The position numbers were made by a program, and so were the translations under genes. The notes beneath the pieces are model-generated. The model saw only the letters and a list, made by a program, of their open reading frames with translations. It made no database searches and was not told the origin of the DNA. From Azolla caroliniana (lineage: Eukaryota; Plantae; Polypodiophyta), in contig JBHGNT010001176.1 of NCBI GenBank assembly GCA_043228905.1, positions 1 through 11,246 on the forward strand: a DNA stretch of 11,246 nucleotides, read 5' to 3'. Below, piece by piece: positions 1 to 9,600 of this stretch (positions are counted from its first letter, which is position 1; each line of letters starts with the position of its first letter).

Positions 1-243
1 AAATGCACATATTCTTGTTTAATTGGATTGTGAAAAAGTCATTTCTTCCTTGCGTTGCATCTGGAACAGGCTTTATTCTAGTCGTTTGACCTAGTTTCAA
101 GTCTTGTATATGTCAGCTGAAGCTGTAAGAACTCCCCAGTTCAGACATGGAAATGCCCTGAATAAAGCACAAGTCATTGTTTTTTATGTTTACATCGTAT
201 TATTTTATTTTGCAAGTATGTTTGCATTTTAATCAGGTCTAGT

Positions 244-580
244 TAGCAATCACAATGATTCAGTCTGGCTCAAAATGAAATCGTTTAAAATAAATGAAAC
301 TTGAATTAAACCTTGAAACTGTTTAAAATGAAACCATTTAAACTGACCTGTTTAAGAGACTCTCATATCTAAATCATTAACTTTTCAGAAAGTCATTTGC
401 ATGAAAATTAAAATTGAAAATCAACTGATTAATTGTAAACCATTAAATGAATACATTTCAAGATGAACCAAATCAAACAGTTAACCGTCATTGCAAAATT
501 AAACCAAATCCTAACTGTCTTCCAAGTTTTGAACCGAAATTAAAGCCATTAACATGTTAAACCACAGTTACTGATTGCTA
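244..580. mobile_element. decayed non-autonomous hAT-like element (MITE)
   Basis: Perfect 9-bp inverted ends TAGCAATCA (244-252) and TGATTGCTA (572-580). Flanking 8-mers GGTCTAGT and GATCTAGC match 6/8. The interior is A-rich with many AAACC/AACTG/AACCG/TTAA motifs. Confidence 0.5.
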
Positions 581-1001
581 GATCTAGCTCTACCTGTCTT
601 AATCATGTAAAGTCTATATCATCAATTGGATACAGCACAAGTCATTGTGGGACAATCATTGTTTTTCTGTTCCTATATCATTTCCATCCTTTTCTTAGTA
701 GTAAAATTGCTTCTTATTCAGACCTAGAGCTTGTTTATGGGGCAATCCATGACATTGCTCAGAAGTTACAAATGTCATTCTCGTGACAAACTTTCTCTGA
801 TAATCTATACCAGTGAAATTAATGTTTTGTTTATGTTCATGCAACGTTACATCTGACGAATTTTCTTCTGGTCAAGAATCCTCACTCTCCTGTCCATAAT
901 GCTATTCTCATTTTGAATAATATGCTAACATTGTGTTTTATAATCTTGGGTAAAAGTGAATCAGTTGTGCCAGAAGTTTCTCAATTAGAAAGAAGCTCAG
1001 G

Positions 1002-1156
1002 ATGCAGAATCAGGCTCAGATAGCTGCACAGAATGCTCATGCTACACAACTTTTGATGAATGGGGCAGCTATCTCTCAAAAGGGCATGGCTTCTCGACGG
1101 AAATCTTGGCACAGTGATAGTGATTTAAATCTCAGGAGAGAAGTTTTTTCCCACAT
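1002..1156 (+). CDS. HAC1: HAC coding exon 1 (MQNQAQ...[17 protein letters not shown]; start of KIX-like domain)
   Basis: ATG at 1002 with an in-frame TGA upstream at 957. The N-terminus resembles the MNVQA start of plant HAC1. Donor is AT|GTAAGT (phase 2). Not in the ORF track. Confidence 0.8.
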
Positions 1157-4100
1157 GTAAGTTTTTCTTTTCTTTTCTTTTCTCAAGTCTCCTTTATCTT
1201 GCGTCCATCAGAGCCCTCCTTTTTTTTAGCTGAAGTCTTGTAACATTTTATTTTATTTCACCAATTGCTTTAGTGCAAGGCTCATCCAGAAGCACAATCT
1301 AGAAAGTAAATTGCCAGCTTTGGCTCGTGAATTAGAAAGTGCATTATACTCTAGCGCAGACTCAAAGGTATGATTTATGCCATTTGGTAAATGCAACAAA
1401 ACTTTGACTTGAAGTGTTATTCACATCTGTTCTCATTCTCGACAGGAAGAGTATGGAAATTTAATAACCCTAGAACGCCGAATATGCACTTTAATGCTGC
1501 ACTGGAGAAATAGACAAAAAGCTGCGCAGTTTGCAGTATTACCAACCTCTCATGTTTCTGAAGTTCCATCTCATTCAGGTGGATACCCAGGTTTCACTTT
1601 GCTTCCTGGAAGCAACTTTCAAAGCTCAGGAACAGGAAGGATTCTCTCTAACCATACCGGACCAAGAGTCTTGATGAATTCAGGCAGTGTTTCCACAACT
1701 CCTTCAAATGATGTTGGAGGTGTTAGGCAAGTGTCTGGTTTGAGTCACAATGCCCTCACGTCTCCATTAGGGTCAGCTCCTTTACAAGGTTTTAATGTAG
1801 CAGATAAAAGTTATCAGGATCAGGTGCGATACTTAATGCGTGGTTCAGGACTTAGTCCAGGAATATCAGGACAATTCCCAGGGTTCAGGTGTGGTGCAGG
1901 TGCGTCCATCAGGACAACAAATTCTGTACTTTTTCTCAATTAAGAGGAGTATAAATGTTTGCCAGGTTTATGTTTAAAAAGAATAATTAAATATGTTGTT
2001 ATATCAATGTAGCCTAAGTGATCTAGGTATCATATTGTCGTCAAAATATAAACTGGCCTTATTTTTATGAAATGTAAGCCTTGGAAGTCCTATAATTGCC
2101 TCACACAGTTTTAGGAAATATTGGTCAGTATTGTTGCCACAAACTGCACAAATACATTATATTGAACAAGGTTACTTCCATAAAATAGTGGGGACATGTG
2201 AGATTAGACAATTGCAATGTAGGATTCAAAGCTAATACTTGGAAATTCAAAATTTTAGGCAAAATGGTGAGGGGTCAAGGAAAACTTGAAGTTTAGGCCA
2301 ATTCCAACTCCCGTAAGGCCTGCTCAAGAGTTTGCTGAATTTGAAATAATGACATGTTATTATGGGTTGTTCTCTCCTTTGTTTCACCAAGGCAATTTCT
2401 TGCAACTCCCCAACATGCAAAATGTTGCCCACTTTGTGTTAAATCAAGTGGCAAAATCATTTGGACAATACTCAACCAATTAACTTGATTGGATACTTTT
2501 ACTGACTTTCTGAAACAGCATATATATTATTGTTTCTTTTGTGTGCTATTCTCATCCCTGTAGTACTTATCATGTCTTAATTTTTTTCTGATTTATACAA
2601 TTGTATATTTAACTTTTTCTCATAAATTTGAATTGGTTTGATCCAAAATCACTTTGCACATGCTAGAGATGATAAATATTTAACCCTAAATTTGCATAGG
2701 AACCTTTTGAAACTTGTGCTATTTATTACATTTGAAGCCTGTTTTCTTGCTTTGATATATAAAAATGACGTGTAGGTGTTGCAAGAGATGGCACACATGG
2801 ATCAAACGCTACAGAATTCAGTTTTGAGAATCCAAACGTGCAAATGGGATTAGCTGCTGGAATCGCCAACCCCAATTCACTGATGCAAACACCAGGGAAT
2901 TCATTTCCCATGGGGTCTACAGAGATGAACGTGAAGCTTCCACACAGTTATTTCTCTCAACATATGTCAAATATACAAAGGCAGAGTTTCCCTGCTCAAG
3001 ATATGTCCCATGCTGGTGCTTCTCCAAATAGCCCGACCATTTCTGTAGTTTCTCAGGAGCAACAGCATCCAGGTAGAAGCATTCTGGCTTCATCTGAACA
3101 AAGTTCCAAGGAATCTGATCCAAATTTAGTGAATGCAAAATCACAATGTCTTCTTAGAGATCCTCTGGAACAAGATACTATAGTTGATGCATTGCTTATT
3201 GATCAACACCAATTACAGATAAACACAGATAAACTCTGCTTGCTACAACACCAACAATTATTTGAGAATCAGGAAAGCTGGGCGGGAAAAGATACTGTTA
3301 ATCACTCTTTTCCAAAATCCAATCATCAAACAATGCAAAATGGATACCAGCAAATTTCATCACTTGATCAGCAGAGTGAACACACGTGTCAAGCTAACAG
3401 CGCTGATACAGGACAGTCAGAAGTAGTGAGTAATGATGACAGCTCGGTTCCAACTCAGGCTAAAGATGTACAAATGCGTTTACATGAAATAAAGAAGCGG
3501 CAATGGTTATTAATGCTATTCTGGCATGTCAGTAGATGTAAGAATTCAGGTCAATGCTCTGTAGCACATTGTGCATCTGGTTGTGAGATGATGAGGCATG
3601 TTACGACCTGCCAGAGTCATCCTTGCTCAAATCCTAGATGTGCTCTTTCAAGATCTTTGCTTATACACCATAATAAATGTAGGGACTCCAAATGTGTGGT
3701 TTGTGGTCCAGTTCGTGTTCGTGTTGCACGGAGTAAAACATATAAGAACCAGGCTAAACAGACTTTAGCTAAAATGGTTCGTGGAGTTGCTTTGAGTGAA
3801 GTGGATTCACCCCCAATTAAGCGAGCAAAAATAGAAGTTGTAGCTCTTTGTGAACCTCAGGCTACATCACCACAGCAGGAACTTCAGCTCATAAACAGCT
3901 CACAAATGCAAGATAAGCGTACAGGAATAGATGTTGTAGCTCCTTGTGAATTCCAGGCAACATTGCAACAGCAGGAACATAAGATCACAAACACTTCACA
4001 AATGCAAGATAAGCAGACAAGATATGAAGCCGTAGCTCCTCATGAACCCCAGGCTACATTGCAACAGCAGGAACTTCAGCTCACAAACAGCCCACAAATG

Positions 4101-7100
4101 CAAGATCAAGTAATGCATCATGAAACGTTGTCTATGGGTATAAATGGCCCTTCAGAGAAAAATTTAAGAGAGATGAAACACGGTGCTGAATCACCTTTAC
4201 GAAAAGTTGAGTCTCCTACAGAATCCTCAGTCAGTGCTGGTGTGGGGAGTTTAGTAACAAAAGTAGAGACAGAAAAATTGGGAAACGAGCCATCAGATGT
4301 GGAGACTAGGCAAGATGCTGCCGTGAGTCAATCTGTAATAACACCTACCAAAGCCTTATCAGAAATCACAAAATCTGTGAAAAAGAAGATTTCAGGAATC
4401 ACATATATTGAGAGTTTGACTCCAGAACAAATTAGGCAACATATTGCCAGTCTGAGAAAATGGATTGGGCAGGTATAGTATGAAGTTTAGTTTTGTTATG
4501 TTTTCATATTCATCAGCACTCATAACTGAAAGTCTTTCTAATTTTATGTAGAGCAAAGGAAAGGCTGAGAAGAACCAAGCCATGGAACATCAAATGTCTT
4601 CTACTGCTTGCTCAGCCTGTGCTGTCGAGCATCTTACATTTGATCCAATTCCTATATTCTGTACGCAATGTGGTTGCCGCATCAAGCGTAATGCGGTTTA
4701 TTACACTTCTGGGACTGGTGACAATAGTCTAAATTACTGTGGGCCTTGCTATAGTCGATTTGATGTACTTGAAAATGATGGTGTGAAGGTTCAAAAGTCT
4801 TCTCTTGAAAAGAAAAAGAATGATGAGCATCGGGCTGAAGGGGTGAGCTAAGTGATGTGTCATTTGTTTGTAAAAGAAGTGGAATAAATTATCCATGATG
4901 CCTTATTTTTCCAGCTACATTTAATAACTTTCTCTTATTCCAGTGGGTTGAATGTGATAAGTGCAAGAAATGGCAACACCAAATATGTGTACTCTTCAAT
5001 GCGCGTACCAACAAAGAAAGGTCTGAGTATATTTGTCCAGAATGCTGTATTGCTGAAATAGAGAGAGGAGAGAGGGTGCCACGACCTGCTAACTCGGTGC
5101 TTGGAGCCAAGGATTTGCCTAGAACAATGCTAAGCGATTTTGTTGAAGAGAGACTAGCATGGAAATTGGAACTTGAAAGAGTTGAACGCTCTAAGGCTTC
5201 TGGGAAAAGACTGGAGGAGGTAAATGACAGATATGTAAAAGTTAATAATGATGCTTTATGTATTAAAAACGGTTTTCATAAGATATTATCTACTTTCACT
5301 GCAGACTCCTACTGCTGATGGTCTGGTTGTCCGTGTTATATCATCTGTAGACAAGAAACTGGAGATCAAGCCCAGATTTTTAGAATTGTTCCAACAAGAA
5401 TATCCCAAAGAAATGCAATATAAATCCAAGGTTTGTCTCTCTGCATCTATCTGTAGAAACAAGGCTAACCATTTATACGTGTAATTGCATGGCAATTCAG
5501 CTTTTAGTACTTGTATTTATGTGAATGAAAAACAAGTTCCATATTGAGAAGGTTTCCTCTATGATCCTGATCCTGATTTTTTCACTTGAATTACAGATGT
5601 TGATGCTCTTCCAGAAAATTGAAGGTGTAGAAGTCTGCCTTTTTGGCATGTACGTGCAGGAATTTGGTGCAGATAGTCCTCAGCCTAATCACCGACATGT
5701 GTATCTTTCCTATCTGGATTCTGTGAAGTATTTTAGGCCAGATGTGAAAGCAGTCACCGGTGAAGCTCTCCGGACTTACGTGTATCATGAAATTTTGGTA
5801 AGTTGCAGTAAAATACTGATTTTTGAGGCATACCTGTGAAACTATGCTTCACTGTTCTTTGGTTTATTGTCATATTCTCTTTCTTTCTATGCTATAAATG
5901 TGTGGCCTTATCCTGTAGATGTTCATAGACACCATGCACATTAAGAAGTTTTGGGTGAAGGAGATTCCTTTTTAATCACCTCTTACAAAGAGAACAATTC
6001 TTTAGCTATATTTATTTTGGTTTGTTCTCAAAGAGGAGACAATGTTTTAAGATTATGGTTCACTACACGGGTCATTTTGGCCTTTCAAAAGATGTTAATA
6101 TGTATTTTTTTTCTGTTAAACTTGTGAATATCCTAAGGCTAAGGCTTGGTATGGCTCAATTGCAGCAGTCCACAATGAATCTCACCATGAAGAGACTCAA
6201 AGTATGTGTTTAGGTCTTGTGGTTTCCGACATCAGTCCACCCATTTTATACTGTGATTGGCATGTCTCTCGGTACTGTAAATGCAAAAATAAAATGTCTT
6301 CTCTGTAGCTTTCAAACTAGGGCATCTAGCAGGATTAACCATAAACTACAACAGTGTAAAGTTGACTAATGCACACACAAGTTTTTCACGATGTATTGGT
6401 GGACAAACTTTAACTTCCCCACATGTAATCAAATTCTTTAAACCATTGACATATACATGCTTTCATGGTATTTTGTACATGCCTAATGCACTCACTGCAT
6501 AAATTGTACTGCATATGTACTATCTTTTATGTGCGTGAGTGCATTAAATATTAACATTAAATGCATTGTAGTTTATTCATACATGTGTAACTGGGCACTG
6601 TCGTGGTTCTTATGCTCTGCTTTGAGTTATGTAAATATAATTTCATATACCTTGGGCAGAGTGCACAAAACATAAATAAATGAGGATAGAGCCCAGGCTT
6701 TAACAAATGTAGAATGTTCAGGTAGGAGTTGATATAGGGCTTTACAGTTGAATTCTCGTCCTCTCTTTATGTTAGTCTTTGGAAAGGTTCTTGTCAGTGC
6801 TGGGCAATTTTGTTGGTATAGACTAGTTCAGCTCTTACAATATCAGCTTTTAGTATGTCTTCCTGATATATTTTTTCTCTGAATGTCATAGAAGTGGTCT
6901 TAAGCAGTCTGCATGTTACTATTGGTTTTGACACAATATTTATATTAATTTCTAAAAGTCAGACACATATCAATTTTAGAATTCCTTTAACTCCGTGGCC
7001 GTGTTTATATTGAAATGGATGTCCTGTATTTTATACCAAATTAAATTTGATATTTTGTATATTATAAGGAATCATTCTGTGCTAAAGTTGTCAATTTAGA

Positions 7101-9600
7101 GAATGGATACACCTAAATTTGTCCTTTCTGCCTCTTCCTTTCAAATGTGAATATCCATTGAATTCTCTTGGTGTAAACAAGCATTACACCTGAATTTGAA
7201 TGATTTTAGATTGCTTATTTGGACTACTGCAAAAAGAGAGGTTTCAGCAGCTGCTATATTTGGGCATGTCCTCCATTAAAAGGGGATGATTATATTCTTT
7301 ATTGCCATCCTGAGATTCAGAAAACACCAAAGACAGATAAGCTCCGTGAATGGTGAGTTCTCAAACATTGTAACAAACAACTTACAGTTTCTATTAAGTT
7401 AATAATTTCTGATTTCATATTTATGGTTGACATAGGTATGTTAATATGATTGCCAAAGCAAAGAAGGAGAATATTGTGACTGGTAGCAAGAATTTATATG
7501 ATTATTTTTTCACAACAAGTGCAGAGTGTAAAGCTCAAGTAACAGCTACCCGCCTCCCCTACTTCGATGGAGATTATTTACCAGGGGCTGCAGAAGACAT
7601 TCTTCAGCAGATCCAAGAAGAGGAGGAAGGTCTTCACACACTTAGGAAATGTAAAACAAAGAAGGTTGCTACAAAGAGGACAACCAAGACTTCAGCGCAA
7701 GCAGACATTGGAGGCAGCATGTCTAAGGATCTTCAACTAATGCAAAAGGTAAGGAGAAGTGAAAAATGAGACATTATAATTGCAAAATTATGTTTTCTAA
7801 AAGGTTTAATGTTTAAGTATGTTTCAACAATATTCTGTTTTCCTACTTACCTCAGCTTGGACAATCAATTTCCGCGATGAAAGAGGATTTTATTATGGTT
7901 CATATGCACCATTCTTGTTCACGTTGTCGTAACTTCATTATCTCAGACTACCGGTGGTTCTGCCAACAGTGTGGGGATAACTTTCAGCTCTGCTCTCAGT
8001 AAGACATTTGAAACTGCTGCTTCCTTGAATTCCAACTGAAAATATTGGAACTTTGAAGTTACTTAAATCTCTCTAATTGAGTATGAGGCGAGTCATTATT
8101 AACTGGATTGACTGTTGCATCCTTGCATTTAAATTACAAATCCTGGTGTTTAAAAACTATCTAGAGGTTTCCAATGTGTGTAGAACTGTTTCATTATTGG
8201 GCTTTATTTATGGCAGCTGTTTTGAAGATCATCAAAAGCTTAGTGATGATGAGCGACATCCATTTGGCAAGAAAGAGTGTCATGTATTGATTGCGGTAAG
8301 CATGATAAAAACAGAAAATATAAGACTTCCTTGCAGAAGTATTTGAAGATCTGACATTGTGTAATTGTCTTTCCTTAGGAGGAGGTGCAAGGTATCCCTA
8401 CGGATACAGTAGACAAAGATGAAATTATGGAGAGCGAATTTTTTGACAACCGTCAAGCTTTCCTAAGTTTATGTCAAGGCAATCAGTATCAATATGATAC
8501 ACTCCGCCGAGCAAAACATTCTTCCATGATGATATTGTACCATCTACATAATCCAAGTGCACCTGCTTTTGTGTCGTCCTGTACGATCTGTCACACTGAG
8601 TTAGATGCCGGTCAGGGATGGAAATGCAAGACATGCCCGGATTATGATATTTGTACCAATTGCTTTTCAAGTGAAGAGGCTCAAAGGCATCCTCATAAGT
8701 TTGTCGCTCGCACAATCACAGCTGATCCGACCACGGAAAACGCGAAACAACGAATGCATCAGGTGTGGGAATGCATATGATGCTAACAGTAACCTATAGT
8801 CTTTTGATGCATGCTCTTCATTTGTTTCAAAATTTAATGCTAACACACTTCTTGAGATCCTTCTTTTGTTTGATCTCTCTTTTTGTTTGTTTAATTTTTA
8901 TGTAGCTACGAATAATGCTGGATGTGCTTGTGCATGCATCCAAGTGTCGTGATGGGGCCTGCCAGTACGAGAAATGCCGAAACATGAAAGACCTGTTTAG
9001 ACATGGTTTTTCGTGTACGAAAAGAGCCTCTGGTGGTTGCTCTATTTGCAAAAGGATGTGGTTCCTTCTCACAGCTCATGCTCGATCATGCAAAGACACA
9101 CCATGCAGTGTGCCTCGGTGCACGTAAGTTCCAATTATATATATTTGTATTTTCTGAAGCTTCAAATATGCATGGTTGAGATATTTAATTGAGTAGGAAA
9201 ACGTACTAAAATTACCCCAAACGTTTTGTATGTTTCTGAGTACCCTTTGGCCTTTAATCCCCTACTGAAAATGGGTATGATGAAATCTTTTCGAGAACCT
9301 AGTGATTATATTCTGGTAAATATCTAAACGTTCAGCTGTAATTTTGCTGTTGTCGCCCAAACAACTGTATATATATTATTCTGTTTGCCCAAGTCTAAAT
9401 TTTTTACTACTAAACATATAATTTTGGTAATTGTCCCCATATGTTAATCCTTTTGCTGAACCTCTCATGTGTATTTTTATTTGTCCAGGGATCTAAGGAA
9501 GCATTTACGAAGGGCACAACTACAGCAAGAATCACGTCGCCGAGCTGCAGTCAATGAAATGATAAGGCAACGTGCTGCAGAGGCAGCAAGTGGACAATAA
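1002..9600 (+). CDS. HAC1: p300/CBP-family histone acetyltransferase, plant HAC1-like (15 coding exons, ~1561 aa)
   Basis: The spliced translation contains the HAT-core motifs [57 protein letters not shown] and RLPYFDGDY, plus two TAZ, a PHD and two ZZ fingers. It also has the plant-type segments [18 protein letters not shown] and RRRAAVNEM. All 14 introns are GT-AG with matching phases, and exon lengths sum to 4686 nt. The exact paralog (HAC1, HAC12 or HAC5) cannot be resolved by eye. Confidence 0.95.
1274..1367 (+). CDS. HAC1: HAC exon 2 ([31 protein letters not shown])
   Basis: Acceptor TTTAG, donor AAG|GTATGA, phase 2 in and phase 0 out. Encodes the KIX-like A-x-x-LE-x-x-L-Y-x-x-A-x-SK pattern. 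Confidence 0.88.
1446..1899 (+). CDS. HAC1: HAC exon 3 ([13 protein letters not shown]... G/S/P-rich region)
   Basis: Acceptor GACAG at 1445, in frame with ORF 1494..1943. CAG|GTGCGT after 1899 is phase 1 and matches exon 4; the nearby donors after 1823 and 1888 do not. The 3' boundary is less certain. Confidence 0.75.
2776..4472 (+). CDS. HAC1: HAC exon 4 (Q-rich region, TAZ1, NLS, 32-aa repeats, [19 protein letters not shown])
   Basis: Acceptor TGTAG at 2775 extends ORF 2838..4478 upstream. Donor CAG|GTATAG. Confidence 0.9.
3498..3716 (+). other. TAZ1 zinc-finger coding region
   Basis: [16 protein letters not shown] / HVTTC..C..C / HHNKC..C..C-GPVR: three HCCC sites. Confidence 0.92.
3810..3830 (+). 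other. putative monopartite nuclear localisation signal PPIKRAK
   Basis: P-x-x-K-R-x-K, similar to the c-Myc NLS (PAAKRVK). Confidence 0.6.
3831..4109 (+). repeat. in-frame tandem repeat, 96-bp unit x ~2.9 (32 aa)
   Basis: Units start at 3831, 3927 and 4023. All share GTAGCTC, CAGCAGGAAC and CACAAATGCAAGAT. Confidence 0.95.
4552..4842 (+). CDS. HAC1: HAC exon 5 ([11 protein letters not shown]...CSAC...CTQC...YCGPC; Cys-rich RING-like region)
   Basis: Acceptor TGTAG, donor GGG|GTGAGC, phase 0/0. Confidence 0.95.
4944..5219 (+). CDS. HAC1: HAC exon 6 (PHD finger [19 protein letters not shown]...YICPEC; [18 protein letters not shown])
   Basis: Acceptor TCCAG, donor GAG|GTAAAT. Contains the PHD C-terminal ligands and the start of the HAT domain. 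Confidence 0.96.
5305..5430 (+). CDS. HAC1: HAC exon 7 ([25 protein letters not shown]...YKSK)
   Basis: Acceptor TGCAG, donor AAG|GTTTGT. Conserved HAT strand motif. Confidence 0.96.
5597..5797 (+). CDS. HAC1: HAC exon 8 ([21 protein letters not shown]...[10 protein letters not shown]...[10 protein letters not shown])
   Basis: Acceptor TACAG, donor TTG|GTAAGT. p300 HAT core. Confidence 0.97.
6484..6546. repeat. inverted repeat / hairpin in intron 8
   Basis: TAATGCACTCAC (6484-6495) is the exact reverse complement of GTGAGTGCATTA (6535-6546). The stem continues inward via CATAAA/TTTATG. Confidence 0.8.
7210..7352 (+). CDS. HAC1: HAC exon 9 ([48 protein letters not shown])
   Basis: Acceptor TTTAG, donor TG|GTGAGT. 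Contains the catalytic-site WACPP motif. Missed by the ORF track. Confidence 0.97.
7436..7748 (+). CDS. HAC1: HAC exon 10 (YVNMIAKA...[15 protein letters not shown]...Lys-rich loop...DLQLMQK)
   Basis: Acceptor CATAG completes the split Trp codon; donor AAG|GTAAGG. Confidence 0.96.
7856..7998 (+). CDS. HAC1: HAC exon 11 ([17 protein letters not shown]; ZZ1 CSRC...CQQC...LCS)
   Basis: Acceptor CTCAG, donor CA|GTAAGA (phase 2). Missed by the ORF track. Confidence 0.95.
8217..8295 (+). CDS. HAC1: HAC exon 12 ([26 protein letters not shown]; end of ZZ1)
   Basis: Acceptor GGCAG, donor GCG|GTAAGC, phase 2 in and phase 0 out. Confidence 0.93.
8379..8762 (+). CDS. HAC1: HAC exon 13 ([51 protein letters not shown]; ZZ2)
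   Basis: Acceptor CTTAG, donor CAG|GTGTGG. HAT C-terminal segment plus a ZZ finger. Confidence 0.95.
8580..8696 (+). other. ZZ zinc finger 2 coding region
   Basis: CTIC...[15 protein letters not shown]...HPH. Confidence 0.92.
8906..9123 (+). CDS. HAC1: HAC exon 14 (TAZ2: [10 protein letters not shown]...[34 protein letters not shown])
   Basis: Acceptor TGTAG, donor AC|GTAAGT. Three HCCC zinc sites. Confidence 0.96.
9489..9600 (+). CDS. HAC1: HAC exon 15, terminal ([36 protein letters not shown])
   Basis: Acceptor TCCAG, phase 2. Matches the typical plant HAC C-terminus. TAA at 9598-9600 is followed directly by TGA. Confidence 0.93.

Noticed and set aside
1-1001. Core promoter or TATA box for the HAC gene
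   Set aside because: No convincing TATA/Inr in this AT-rich background. The T-rich sequence and branch-like GCTAAC at ~924 suggest a 5'UTR intron, so the TSS may lie outside the window.
2247-2483. Three overlapping short ORFs (60-65 aa) in intron 3, with small imperfect hairpins near 2391-2453
   Set aside because: No recognisable motifs. The acceptor at 2258 runs into a stop in the gene's frame, and the hairpins are short enough to be chance.
3831-4109. Regularly spaced repeats as a CRISPR-like array
   Set aside because: The whole 96-bp unit is homologous with no unique spacers, and it lies in frame inside a eukaryotic exon.
6022-6213. 63-aa + strand ORF in intron 8
   Set aside because: Non-ATG start and no homology cues. 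Exons 8 and 9 join seamlessly (YHEIL|IAYLDY) without it.
8376-8384. TAG-GAG-GAG tandem acceptors at exon 13
   Set aside because: GAG acceptors are rarely used, and the effect would be the loss of only one or two Glu.
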